From Minisyncoccota bacterium (GTDB taxonomy: Bacteria; Patescibacteriota; Minisyncoccia; Phycocordibacterales; JBAZVT01), in NCBI GenBank assembly GCA_041660745.1, contig JBAZVT010000001.1, positions 4,377-68,376 of the forward strand: 64,000 nucleotides of DNA, given 5' to 3'. Each line of letters opens with the position of its first letter. Within the stretch, counting starts at the first letter, position 1. The position numbers and the translations under genes are program-made. Shown here in pieces: positions 47,990-57,632 of the stretch. The notes beneath the pieces were generated by a model. It worked only from the letters and a program-made list of their open reading frames with translations. It searched no databases and had not been told where the DNA came from.

Positions 47990-48241
47990 ATGGTAAGACA
48001 AAGCATATCCGTATCGGAACCCAACGACGAATGGTTGAAGGCTCAAGTCGCCAGTGCAGAGTACAGCAGTAAAAGCGAAGCGATTAACGACTTAATTAGA
48101 CAAGCGCGGCGGCGGCAGCTTGAAATAGAGCACATTCGCTCTGAACTGATTAAAGCGGAACAGAGTGGTTTTATCGACGAGCAGCCGGAAGATTTATTGG
48201 CTAACTTCAAGGAAGAAGCACGGCAAGATGGGCTCTTATAA
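47990..48241 (+). CDS. parD: ParD/CopG-family (RHH) antitoxin.
   Basis: MVRQSISVSEPNDEWLKAQVASAEYSSKSEAINDLIRQARRRQLE...; ORF begins at 47912 but MVRQS is the likely start. Confidence 0.65.
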   Translation: MVRQSISVSEPNDEWLKAQVASAEYSSKSEAINDLIRQARRRQLEIEHIRSELIKAEQSGFIDEQPEDLLANFKEEARQDGLL

Positions 48242-48515
48242 ACTTTCGAAAAAAGCCCGCACCGATTTGAAGAGAATCTGGTTATACGGCGTTAAAACGC
48301 ACGGAAATCAGAGAGCCGATCAATATCATCAAGGGATGCTTGATCGTTTTGCACTAATTGCAGAACAGCCTTATTTATATCAGGCCGTTGACTATATCCG
48401 TGCAGGGTATAGGCGAAGTGTGTATGGCACCGACAGCTTTTATTACCAGATCAATGGCGGTATAGTCGAAATCATGACTATCTTAGGCCATCAGGATACT
48501 GAAGACTGGCTATAA
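48228..48515 (+). CDS. parE: ParE-family toxin.
   Basis: MGSYKLSKKARTDLKRIWLYGVKTHGNQRADQYHQGMLDRF...IVEIMTILGHQD; overlaps the parD stop. Confidence 0.65.
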   Translation: MGSYKLSKKARTDLKRIWLYGVKTHGNQRADQYHQGMLDRFALIAEQPYLYQAVDYIRAGYRRSVYGTDSFYYQINGGIVEIMTILGHQDTEDWL

Positions 48516-48887
48516 CAAGCAGTCGTGTTTCCAGCCGCCATTTTAATCTGTGGAAAGTCCGGTGCTATACAAACCCGTAAAGCGCGTGTGACCTACTCAG
48601 CCTTTGCGGACACTGGACTTTTCTGAAAGCCGACGTTCCGGAATGACTGTTTTCATGCTCCGCGAATCAATGCTGACGACCCGTTGCGGACTATCGTCTA
48701 ATCTGATTCAATGACCGCAATTTGTTGTTTACCAGCCATACCGACTATGCTTCGATGATATACAGAAGGGAAATTCATATGCTGATCAATAATTTATAGT
48801 ATCGATGATCATTTTTCTGTAGATATACGGAAACTATCTAATTTCTTGTTTGGCGACGAAGCATTTCAGAAGATGCAATGAACAACG

Positions 48888-49859
48888 GTGAAATCAATGA
48901 ATCGCGATGAATACAAGGGAGTTTTAAACACCCTATCCGAGCAACAAAAGGAATTGATTGATATTCTGAAAAGAAATAACGGCGATAAAAAAGATTTTTG
49001 GGATAAGTTTTCAGCAGCCTCGACGTTTCTTTCAGGCGTAATTGTCGCTCTAGTCGGACTGTATTTTACAAATAACTACAATGTTCAACAGGCTTCAAGA
49101 GATGAAAGTTCCAAATCCCAGCAATTACGATTGGCCCAGGTCGAATTAATACATAAATTTATCCCACAATTAAACGGCACTGAAAAAGAAAAGAAATTAG
49201 CTATCATTGCGATCTCATCATTAGGTAATGCCGAATTAGCAACCAAGATTGCTGTTCTTGACCAAAGTAATGGAGCAAAATCAGCACTCGAATCTTTGGC
49301 AAAGTCTGGTAATAGTGAAGAAAAAAATCTTGCGCAGCAAGCTCTAGAAAATTTCGAACAATTCAAATCGCATCTTTCTAATGTGCAAGGCGGGGGCAAG
49401 ATAGGTCGAGCCGTGATAGAAAAAGTAGCTCAAGACTTAAAATCAGGAGTATGGGAAGAAGGTGGGAGTAACAAGGGTGAACTCATTAATAAGTTTCTTT
49501 CTAATATTGGCTTACCGGAAGGTACGCCTTGGAGTGCCGCATTTGTTTCATGGTACTTCTCACAAGTTAAAAACCCACCTCCTTTTAAGCCGTCAGGGTC
49601 TTGGGCAGCAATTGAAGCTGAATTTAAGCAAAAAGGATGGCTCCTCGAAAACAGCGATCATAGCCCCCAGCCTGGCGATATAATGTTTATTACTAATCAA
49701 AAAAGTCATCATGGGGGCATAGTTCTCCGCTACGAAAATGGGCAAGTCGAGGTGATTGAAGGAAATGTATCTATTGGACAAGGAAGTGAAGGAAAAATGG
49801 CAGCGGTCAAAATCCGACAACTCCAACCGAATATGAGTTTCGGTCATGTTCCAGATTGA
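48888..49859 (+). CDS. Membrane-anchored protein with a C-terminal CHAP/NlpC-P60-like domain in which the nucleophile Cys is replaced by Ser.
   Basis: 323 aa. TM helix FLSGVIVALVGLYF; helical-repeat region; CHAP-like TPWSAAFVSWYF (Ser at the usual Cys position) and HHGGIVL. Confidence 0.45.
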   Translation: MKSMNRDEYKGVLNTLSEQQKELIDILKRNNGDKKDFWDKFSAASTFLSGVIVALVGLYFTNNYNVQQASRDESSKSQQLRLAQVELIHKFIPQLNGTEKEKKLAIIAISSLGNAELATKIAVLDQSNGAKSALESLAKSGNSEEKNLAQQALENFEQFKSHLSNVQGGGKIGRAVIEKVAQDLKSGVWEEGGSNKGELINKFLSNIGLPEGTPWSAAFVSWYFSQVKNPPPFKPSGSWAAIEAEFKQKGWLLENSDHSPQPGDIMFITNQKSHHGGIVLRYENGQVEVIEGNVSIGQGSEGKMAAVKIRQLQPNMSFGHVPD

Positions 49860-50313
49860 TAAAATCCGAGCCTAACAGAGCGTTCCAGCGAACTGCGCTA
49901 AACATCGCGTTATTTCGAAGCAGATTTTAGTTTCAAGTATGTGCTGAATGGCGGTTTATCTGACGGTCGCCACACGACCCCTTGTTGACGTTCGAAGGTT
50001 AGCGCTTAAGTCGGCAGGCGACCCTAAAGCGGCATTCATAGATGCATAGGCAATGTCGGAAGGAGGAGCCAATAAGCCGTCGTTAGCATCACTTCGCACG
50101 GAGTGTTAAGCTTGCTTTAGCGTAAACGGCACATTTTCAATGTTCGCTTAGGCTATACCCAAAATGGACACCCAATTGGCTAAATTAGTGGAGATTCACA
50201 CCCGCTATTTATGCAGCCTGGTAAGGTTGCAACGTGTTTAGCATCTTAAGCTTGTCTAAGACTTAGTGCTGAAATCGGCTTAGAATGTTGATACGACTTT
50301 TGCAATTATGCGC

Positions 50314-52827
50314 CTAAGTTTCTATGACAATTGGCGCAGCTATTTCTAGCTGTTGAGCTACTGCGTTGTAAATATCAACATCAGTTTCTGGTGTGCGAAT
50401 AGAAACAATCAAACTATATCTAACTGGTAATTTAAACCGTTCTAGTTTTGGGCGGGTTCGCCACCAACCCATTGCTGGGTATATGGCCAGAAAACCACGG
50501 CTAGCTAGGTCTGCTGCTGTGCCTTCCCAAATGTCCTGATGAAGCGAGCCTTTATGTCTATTTTGATCTCCTAATTTCCAATCAGGGTCTTTAGTGCTAA
50601 TTTGTTGCTCATCTTCTACAAGTATTATGGCGGCACTTATGCGGGCAAGAAAGTCTTCAGTTGATTCCAAGGCTCTACGAACGTCAAACCGTAAGCGACA
50701 AGATGGATAATGGAACTTTGAGGCAGTTCCCCGTGCCGAAGGGTTTGGTTCAATAAAATAAGATAAAGTAACACGCATTTGCACTGTTGTTGCGCCTAGA
50801 GCTTCAAGTTCCTCTTTAGGCCAAGGCAGGCTATGAAGATTCATATCCCTTGTTTTTACACTTTCGCCTTTTTCTTTTTTGTAAGGATGAATTGCATCTT
50901 CAACGATGAGCGTTAATGAATTTGATGCACTCCATTTTGCAACCTCAATATCAGGCACACCCCAACCACAATGCCTGATTAAGTTAACGTAATCATTTTT
51001 AGTGGGGGGCTTATTTGCAGGCAAGTATTTATGACGCATGTTTTCTGTCCATGCAGCCGAATGGACAATTAATGCCCGAATAGTTTCTGGGCTAATATGT
51101 GGGTATGCCATCATGAGCTTTGCGGCCATTCGTGCGCACAGCGCGGATGCAGCACTGGTTGCATTTGTAGTAGTAAACAATTTTTCTGTAGGCTTGTAGT
51201 GTGTGGTCAGCAAATTGAGGCTAGGTAGAGTTCCTATAAAACCATCATGAATGTTTTTACCCAAATTGCCACCCTCAAACACTACGTCTGGTTTCAATGG
51301 CCACACCTTATCCCAACTAGCTGAGGTTGTGCTGAAAGGACTTAGTTCACCAGAATTGGCAACCGCTTGTAAAGTAGGTTCATGTGTTTCAGTTTTTTCA
51401 GTAAATGCGCCAACAGTAATCGCATTCCAAGCTTGTCCTGGATCGTGGATCAAATTTGTTGAAAGGCTATCGGGGTAGCCATCCCATGCATTTTTCTCTT
51501 TAATATTTCCAGCTGAAAGAATGATTAAACGTCGGAACTGACCAGCACCATCTGCATCTGATGCTAGTCGATCTACCATTGCAGACCAAGACGAGGGACG
51601 ACCTCGATCCCTAAAATCTGAAGCTGTTACAGCGGAGCTAAAAACACGAGGCCGATTTGGCGCAACAACTTCTGGTTGACTTACAGCATCGCCAAAGAGT
51701 TTGGCGTGGAATTTAGAGTCACCGTGATTATCTCCTTCATTTTTAATGATTTTGACAGACTCTAAAAGGAAATCAACCTGAATAGGTTCATTAGTTGATA
51801 GCGCCTCAGTTAAATCACCATAAGCAGTTACACCAGCAAGGCCAGTGCCATGGTTTGATTCATCATTTGTACCCCAGGCAGGCTCAACCGTAAATAAATC
51901 AACTGAGGTTATCACGGGGGCAAGCAAGGCATGGCCTCGATTAACCCCTGAATCAATTAAACAAACTCTAGCCGTATTGTCATCTTGATTAGGGAATGTA
52001 GTACGTTCGAGCAGATTGGCTTGCCACTTCTGCTGTTCTTCATTATTCATACCGTCGAAAAACTCTGCCGTTTCTTTTGCTCGTCTGAGTTCGGCAACAC
52101 AATTGAGTGTCATTACAGATTGAGATAATTTTTGCTCTGATCCATACATCAACACAACTGTTCGCTCAGGAAAATCAACTCTAGCGTCACTCACAGTGCA
52201 ACCAGCAGCATTTGCCAGTTTATTAAAATCTGCTACTACCGTTTCGCGATCACCTCGGTTTGTAAGCCAAACTTCCCACCAAAATAATTCTTCATGATTT
52301 TGGGGTAAGACATTTATATCATCAGTCCATAAAGCACGAAGTTCCGCAGTTCTTATTGCATTGATGGTGTTTAAAAGTTTTTTATTGTCGTTAGGTTTGC
52401 CATTTTTATCTTTTTTTTCGGCAAGATAGTCCGTGATCAATTTTTCAAAGTGCTCTAGCTTGCCATCAGGTACGAAAACATTTGCTATCGTATTGTCTCC
52501 ATCTTTTCGGATGCTTAGTAATTCAATGTGCTTCGTATCGTTGCCAATGCTTTCAAAGGCTAGCTCGACATCTGGCTGGCTTTGAAATTGAATTTGAAGA
52601 CCTAAGCCACTCTCAAGGCCCAGCTCTTGCTGCAATCCAATTGTTTGCTGAGCAATAGGTTTTATTAACTCTAGCTGAGCTAAAAGCGAGGTGCCATGTT
52701 GATTGCGGGGTAATTCAGGTATAACAGTTTTTGAGCCACCACCCGTATTATGAGCGGTGAAATCTTTTGGTACGGACGTTTTGCTAAGGATTAAATGGGG
52801 TCGTTTATTTTGCGGTTGATTTGCCAT
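50314..52827 (-). CDS. S8-family subtilase; IetS-like.
   Basis: 837 aa. Asp site VCLIDSGVNRGH, His site NHGTGLAGV, Ser region NATSAASALCARMAA. Overlaps the AAA gene by 23 nt. About 40% GC. Confidence 0.65.
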   Translation of the reverse strand: MANQPQNKRPHLILSKTSVPKDFTAHNTGGGSKTVIPELPRNQHGTSLLAQLELIKPIAQQTIGLQQELGLESGLGLQIQFQSQPDVELAFESIGNDTKHIELLSIRKDGDNTIANVFVPDGKLEHFEKLITDYLAEKKDKNGKPNDNKKLLNTINAIRTAELRALWTDDINVLPQNHEELFWWEVWLTNRGDRETVVADFNKLANAAGCTVSDARVDFPERTVVLMYGSEQKLSQSVMTLNCVAELRRAKETAEFFDGMNNEEQQKWQANLLERTTFPNQDDNTARVCLIDSGVNRGHALLAPVITSVDLFTVEPAWGTNDESNHGTGLAGVTAYGDLTEALSTNEPIQVDFLLESVKIIKNEGDNHGDSKFHAKLFGDAVSQPEVVAPNRPRVFSSAVTASDFRDRGRPSSWSAMVDRLASDADGAGQFRRLIILSAGNIKEKNAWDGYPDSLSTNLIHDPGQAWNAITVGAFTEKTETHEPTLQAVANSGELSPFSTTSASWDKVWPLKPDVVFEGGNLGKNIHDGFIGTLPSLNLLTTHYKPTEKLFTTTNATSAASALCARMAAKLMMAYPHISPETIRALIVHSAAWTENMRHKYLPANKPPTKNDYVNLIRHCGWGVPDIEVAKWSASNSLTLIVEDAIHPYKKEKGESVKTRDMNLHSLPWPKEELEALGATTVQMRVTLSYFIEPNPSARGTASKFHYPSCRLRFDVRRALESTEDFLARISAAIILVEDEQQISTKDPDWKLGDQNRHKGSLHQDIWEGTAADLASRGFLAIYPAMGWWRTRPKLERFKLPVRYSLIVSIRTPETDVDIYNAVAQQLEIAAPIVIET

Positions 52828-53824
52828 TATTTTTATTGATGAGGTGACCGCTTATAAGTTTTCGTTCTTCTAACATCCGCAACAGATCAATTTCTTCGAT
52901 TGAAGTTTTGTCATGAATAATTGCATCTTTTAATGATTCATCAATGGCTTTGGAAATCTCGGCATAACTCATTCCAATTGCTGCGACAGCAACTTTTTTC
53001 CACGCCAATCGTTTAGGTTTAAATCCAGCTAGCCTTGATTTCAGGATTGAAGTTACTTGCTCTTCATTTGGTAAGCCGTACTGAATCATATCGTCAAAGC
53101 GACGGAATAAAGCATAATCGAGGGCTTCTGGGTGGTTTGTGGCGGCAATAATCACGCTATTAGAATTATCATGTTCAAGCATTTGCAAAAAGCTGTTCAA
53201 GACTCTACGAATTTCCCCAACGTCATTCGCTTGTCCACGTTGTGAACCAATTGCATCAAATTCATCAAAAAAGTATATACCTCTAACATTAGCGACGGCA
53301 TCAAATATTTGACGAAGCTTGGCGGCAGTTTCACCCATGAATTTTGTGATGAGTGAATCAAGTCTTACAGAAAATAATGGGATACCAAGCTCGCCGGCCA
53401 AAGCAGATGCAGTCATTGTTTTACCAGTACCTGGAGGGCCGACTAAAAGCAGTTTGCGGCGAGGTGATAAGCCGTGCTCTCTTATTTTTCCAAAAAAACG
53501 TTGTTCCTTTATAATCCTATGAAGACTATCTTCGACAGTCCTATCGAGAACCATATCCGATAATCTTGAGTTCGGGAATGAAACAGTGAGCAGATTAGCC
53601 AGCTCACCCTGAGGTTTATTTAAGGGTACTAGTTTCTTGGAAGCATCATTTTTATTTGCTTTTAGTTTGGCAGCATCAATCAAATCACGTAATTCTAAAG
53701 CGAGTTTCCCATGGCCAAGCTTAGCTTCATGAGCAGCAACCTGCATGGCCACTGAGTAAAAAAGGCTATCATCGCCGCTAACATGCGATTTTAATAACGC
53801 TTTAATTTGTTCTGCACTTGCCAT
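52805..53824 (-). CDS. AAA+ ATPase (classical AAA clade); IetA-like.
   Basis: 339 aa. Walker A LLVGPPGTGKT, Walker B IYFFDEFDAI, sensor IIAATNHPEALDYALFRRFD. Confidence 0.7.
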   Translation of the reverse strand: MASAEQIKALLKSHVSGDDSLFYSVAMQVAAHEAKLGHGKLALELRDLIDAAKLKANKNDASKKLVPLNKPQGELANLLTVSFPNSRLSDMVLDRTVEDSLHRIIKEQRFFGKIREHGLSPRRKLLLVGPPGTGKTMTASALAGELGIPLFSVRLDSLITKFMGETAAKLRQIFDAVANVRGIYFFDEFDAIGSQRGQANDVGEIRRVLNSFLQMLEHDNSNSVIIAATNHPEALDYALFRRFDDMIQYGLPNEEQVTSILKSRLAGFKPKRLAWKKVAVAAIGMSYAEISKAIDESLKDAIIHDKTSIEEIDLLRMLEERKLISGHLINKNNGKSTAK

Positions 53825-54232
53825 AGCTGAGCCAGGGTTGCTTTTAATTAAGGATATTATGCCAGTTTTTGACTAAGGCCTAATCTTTTAAATGTATAAC
53901 CTTAACATCTGTAAAGTTATGCTTTTTTTATGTCCTCAGTTGACCATAAGCTATATTCATTTAAGGTCTGCAAACTCAAGCCCATATGATCTATGTAATC
54001 TGATTGCCAATGGTTAATCACTTAAATATAGTACAGTAAAGTGACTCCTGGTCGATGTTTGTAGTTCGCTACAATTAGCAGTCGCATTAAGTTTTTTGCC
54101 GATTGCTTGGGCTTGGATGCCCAAAACAAGCTTCCCCAAAATAGCGACTCCTCAATCCTATAGAAAGCGCATCACCCTACCCCAAGAATCCAGCCTTCGA
54201 CTCCGACAATCCCACGTTCCGGTAGAGTAAGG

Positions 54233-54721
54233 TTAGCTAACTAGTGCTAACTTATATTTAGACGTAGCCGAACTATCAATTTGATCTGCAATATTGACTA
54301 GGTAAGCGAGTTCATCGCAAATTTCACTCAAAGACATTTGATGCTCGGAATTTAAATCAAATTGCTCCGTAAAGTATTGAAGAAATTTTTCATCCACAAT
54401 TCCATTTCTATGCGAATACAAATGTCTTATTTGAAGGATTTTTTCAATTTTTTCTTGTACTTGCTGGGTAATAACATTGAGTTCATTTATTTGCCGATTA
54501 TCCTGAATAAAACCTTTTACGCTGCCTTTTTGTAGCTTTCCAATTTGTTTATTAGCCCAATAATTTACAAATTCCTGCAAATCCGAACAGTCCAAAACTT
54601 CTTTAATGCTCACTTGTTGATTTGATTTCAATGTTTCCGGTTTCGCAAGAAAAATTTCATACAACAAATCAGACAAATAGGTGTAGCGGCTTGCATTTAT
54701 CGAACCCCGCTCGCATTTCAT
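54233..54721 (-). CDS. Hypothetical protein with a possible HEPN-like Rx4H motif.
   Basis: 162-aa low-GC ORF containing IRHLYSHRNG (R-x4-H). Confidence 0.3.
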   Translation of the reverse strand: MKCERGSINASRYTYLSDLLYEIFLAKPETLKSNQQVSIKEVLDCSDLQEFVNYWANKQIGKLQKGSVKGFIQDNRQINELNVITQQVQEKIEKILQIRHLYSHRNGIVDEKFLQYFTEQFDLNSEHQMSLSEICDELAYLVNIADQIDSSATSKYKLALVS

Positions 54722-55255
54722 TTTTATTGGCTCACTTTAATTGCAAATGAATATCGACCCAAACTATCCCCGGAGCAGAATTAAAGTGATTTGGCTAACG
54801 AGCCTGTGAACTCTCACCCTATATTGTAATATGGCTGCATACAAGCAGAAAGCGGACAGTTTATTCTGGCGATTTACTGAATATGTCGTTAAGGTTTGTT
54901 AGACACCTGCCCACAGAGGTAAGCCTTGGCAGTATGCTAACAAATACGGTGGGCAGGTGTTTGACAAAGCTCGAAGGAGGAAACCGCGGAAGAAGCGCTT
55001 CGATTTACGAATGTCGTTGCGCTATGGGCATTTGATGGTTCGATCTGTTGGTTTTTGCACCGCTCGTGCCCATTTGATTAAAAATAATCAACTTCAGAAA
55101 GTCATGTTTGCCGTCAAAGCCGATATATCGATGGCTTTTCTGGTCCAGTGTAAAGGGAAAAAACCTTTTTTTACAAGCGAGGGCAATAGCTTTCCCTATC
55201 GGTGCTGATTGATGAGTATCAGCCCGGTGTTGACGGCAAGGTAAGACCTTATTGG

Positions 55256-56446
55256 TTACGCCGCACATCGTTGCCACGGTGGTGCCCTGATCAGTGTTTC
55301 GCGTGTAAAGACACTGACGATAACCATGGCCGCCCCACAATCCGGGCAGGTGAAGGTGGGCTGGACGGGTTCGTCGGTTACTGTTTTGCCGTTGGGTTCG
55401 TTAATCGAGGTTGTAACTTGTAACAGTTCCCGTGCTTTTTCGAGGTTATCCTTCCGCCCCGAATTAGCCAGCAAGCCATAATGACGGATGCGGTGAAAGC
55501 CGCTGGGCAGCACATGCAACAGGAAGCGTCGCATGAACTCGTCTTGGCTGAGGACCATGGTTTTGTGGCGGTTATGGCCATTGACCCGGTAATCCTTGTA
55601 ACGAAAAGTGACCCCTTTTTCATCGGAGGCGATAAGCCGCTGATTGGAAATCGCCACCCGATGGGTATAGCGTGACAGGTACGCCAGGACGGCGGCAGGC
55701 CCGGCAAACGGTTTTTTGGCATAGACTACCCATTCACAGCGCTTTAGCGGCGCGACCCAATCGGCAAAAGCTTGCCTATTGTGCAGCTCGGCATATTCAC
55801 CAAAGAACCGCAGTTGGCCGCTACCATAGGCTTTGCCGAGTCCTTCCAGGAACCGCCGCCGAAACAGCCGCGACAGCACCCTGACCGGGAGAAAGAAACC
55901 CGGTTTACAGGCTATCCAACGTTCGCCGTCCTGCGACAGGCCGCCGCCGGGGACGATGCCATGGACATGCGGATGGTGGGTCATGGCCGAACCCCAGGTA
56001 TGCAGCACCAAGGTCGCCCCGATGTGTGCGCCCAAATGTTTGGGGTCGGCGGCAATCGTCCGCAGCGTTTCGGCGGCCATATCGAACAGCAACTTACAGA
56101 CCACGGCCTTATTGTAATAGGCAATGGCTGCGATTGGTGCCGGCAAGGTGAACACTACGTGGTAATACTCCACCGGCAAGAGGTCGGCTTGGCGAGCCTT
56201 GAGCCAACGCCGCGCCGCATTGCCCTGGCATTTCGGGCAATGCCGGTTACGGCAGGAATTATACGCAATTCCGTCATGCCCGCAGGCACGGCAATGCAGC
56301 ACATGCCCGCCGAGTTCGGCGCTGCGGCAGTGTTCGATGGCGGACATCACCTTGAGCTGGCCTAAACTTAAATGGCCGCGCTGGGTTTGTCGCCAAGCCT
56401 CCCCATGGCGGCGGAAAATATCCGCCACCTCCAAGACTGGACGCAC
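55256..56446 (-). CDS. tnpA: IS91-family transposase.
   Basis: 396 aa. N-terminal zinc-binding cluster CRACGHDGIAYNSCRNRHCPKCQ; HUH region HPHVHGIVPGGG; C-terminal CPDCGAAM. Confidence 0.75.
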   Translation of the reverse strand: MRPVLEVADIFRRHGEAWRQTQRGHLSLGQLKVMSAIEHCRSAELGGHVLHCRACGHDGIAYNSCRNRHCPKCQGNAARRWLKARQADLLPVEYYHVVFTLPAPIAAIAYYNKAVVCKLLFDMAAETLRTIAADPKHLGAHIGATLVLHTWGSAMTHHPHVHGIVPGGGLSQDGERWIACKPGFFLPVRVLSRLFRRRFLEGLGKAYGSGQLRFFGEYAELHNRQAFADWVAPLKRCEWVVYAKKPFAGPAAVLAYLSRYTHRVAISNQRLIASDEKGVTFRYKDYRVNGHNRHKTMVLSQDEFMRRFLLHVLPSGFHRIRHYGLLANSGRKDNLEKARELLQVTTSINEPNGKTVTDEPVQPTFTCPDCGAAMVIVSVFTRETLIRAPPWQRCAA

Positions 56447-56452
56447 CCTGGC

Positions 56453-57331
56453 TTACTCAGGCGGCAAGTTCTCCAAGGGGCTGACGACTTCTCGCAGGAT
56501 TTGGGTGGCCACTTGGGTATAAAGCGCGGTGGTTTCCAGCTTCTTATGCCCGAGCATGACCTGGATCACGCGGATATCGACTTTCTGTTCCAGCAAATGG
56601 GTGGCAAAACTGTGCCTTAGCGTATGCATTGAGACGCGCTTTTGGATCTTCGCCGCCTCGGCGGCAGCGTGTATTGCCCGGTTGAGCTGCCGGGTGCTCA
56701 GCGGTTCAAACGGGTTCAGGCCTGGGAACAGCCAACCGCCACCGCCCGGCATCTTGCCCTGGGCACGGGCAACCCGCCACCAAACCCGCAAGCGCTCGAC
56801 CAACACCGGTGACAACATGGCATAACGGTCTTTCTGGCCTTTGCCCCGCTCGACCCGCAAGGTCATGCGCTGGCTGTCAATGTCACTGACCTTCAAACCA
56901 ACGACCTCACTGGCTCGGAGTCCCGTCCCATAGGCAACGGACAGCGCCGTTTGCCACTTCAGGTTGCCGGCGGCGGCAATCAGGTGCGCCACTTCCTCAC
57001 GGCTCAGCACCACCGGCAATGTCCGCGGCACATAGACGGGTTGCATCTTGGCCATTAATTCACCCCGGTCAAGGGTTACATCGAAGAAGAATTTTAATCC
57101 GGTGATGGTGGCGTTCAATGTGATCGGCGAGGTGCCTTGGTCTACCAGGTATAACTGGAAGCGCCGTAACTCTTCGACCGTGGCGTTATCGGGTGCGCGA
57201 CCCAGAAAACAGGTTAAACGCCGGACTGCCCGAATATAAGCGGTTTGGGTTTTGTCACTAAGCTTACGCATCCGCATGTCGTCGAGCATACGTTGACGTA
57301 AGGGACTGATGGTTTGGGTTGATGATGGCAT
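56453..57331 (-). CDS. Tyrosine recombinase (phage integrase family, XerD-like) associated with the IS91 element.
   Basis: Start ATG at 57331 with an AGGAGA RBS. LRHSFATHLLE and catalytic-region motifs ...ALYTQVAT.... ORF extends to 57403. Confidence 0.7.
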   Translation of the reverse strand: MPSSTQTISPLRQRMLDDMRMRKLSDKTQTAYIRAVRRLTCFLGRAPDNATVEELRRFQLYLVDQGTSPITLNATITGLKFFFDVTLDRGELMAKMQPVYVPRTLPVVLSREEVAHLIAAAGNLKWQTALSVAYGTGLRASEVVGLKVSDIDSQRMTLRVERGKGQKDRYAMLSPVLVERLRVWWRVARAQGKMPGGGGWLFPGLNPFEPLSTRQLNRAIHAAAEAAKIQKRVSMHTLRHSFATHLLEQKVDIRVIQVMLGHKKLETTALYTQVATQILREVVSPLENLPPE

Positions 57332-57632
57332 GATAGTTCTCCTACTATGAAACAAGGCGGATTGCCTCATTTCAAAACATAGAAAACAGTCATCAACTGT
57401 CAATTAATAACCAACATTTAATAACGCCAGTTAACCAACCCCATCATTGGCCTTCTTTTAATACACGCTGGCCAAACGGCGCACCCCTACCGCGCGAGCG
57501 GTTTAGTCCTTCGGTCAAGACCAGCCATTCGAGGTTTTCGAGAACTGACTTTCAGATAGTAAAAAAACAGACACTCAGTACTAAGTCATTTTTAAATAAA
57601 CCATAGTTGGGGTCATGTGGAAGAACCCCTAG

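Larger units (their letters stand above)
55210..57420 (-). mobile_element. IS91-family element (rolling-circle HUH transposase plus an upstream phage-integrase-family gene).
   Basis: tnpA 55256..56446 and recombinase 56453..57331. A 12-bp perfect inverted repeat, acacctgcccac/gtgggcaggtgt, at 54903-54960 just beyond the tnpA 3' end. Confidence 0.6.
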
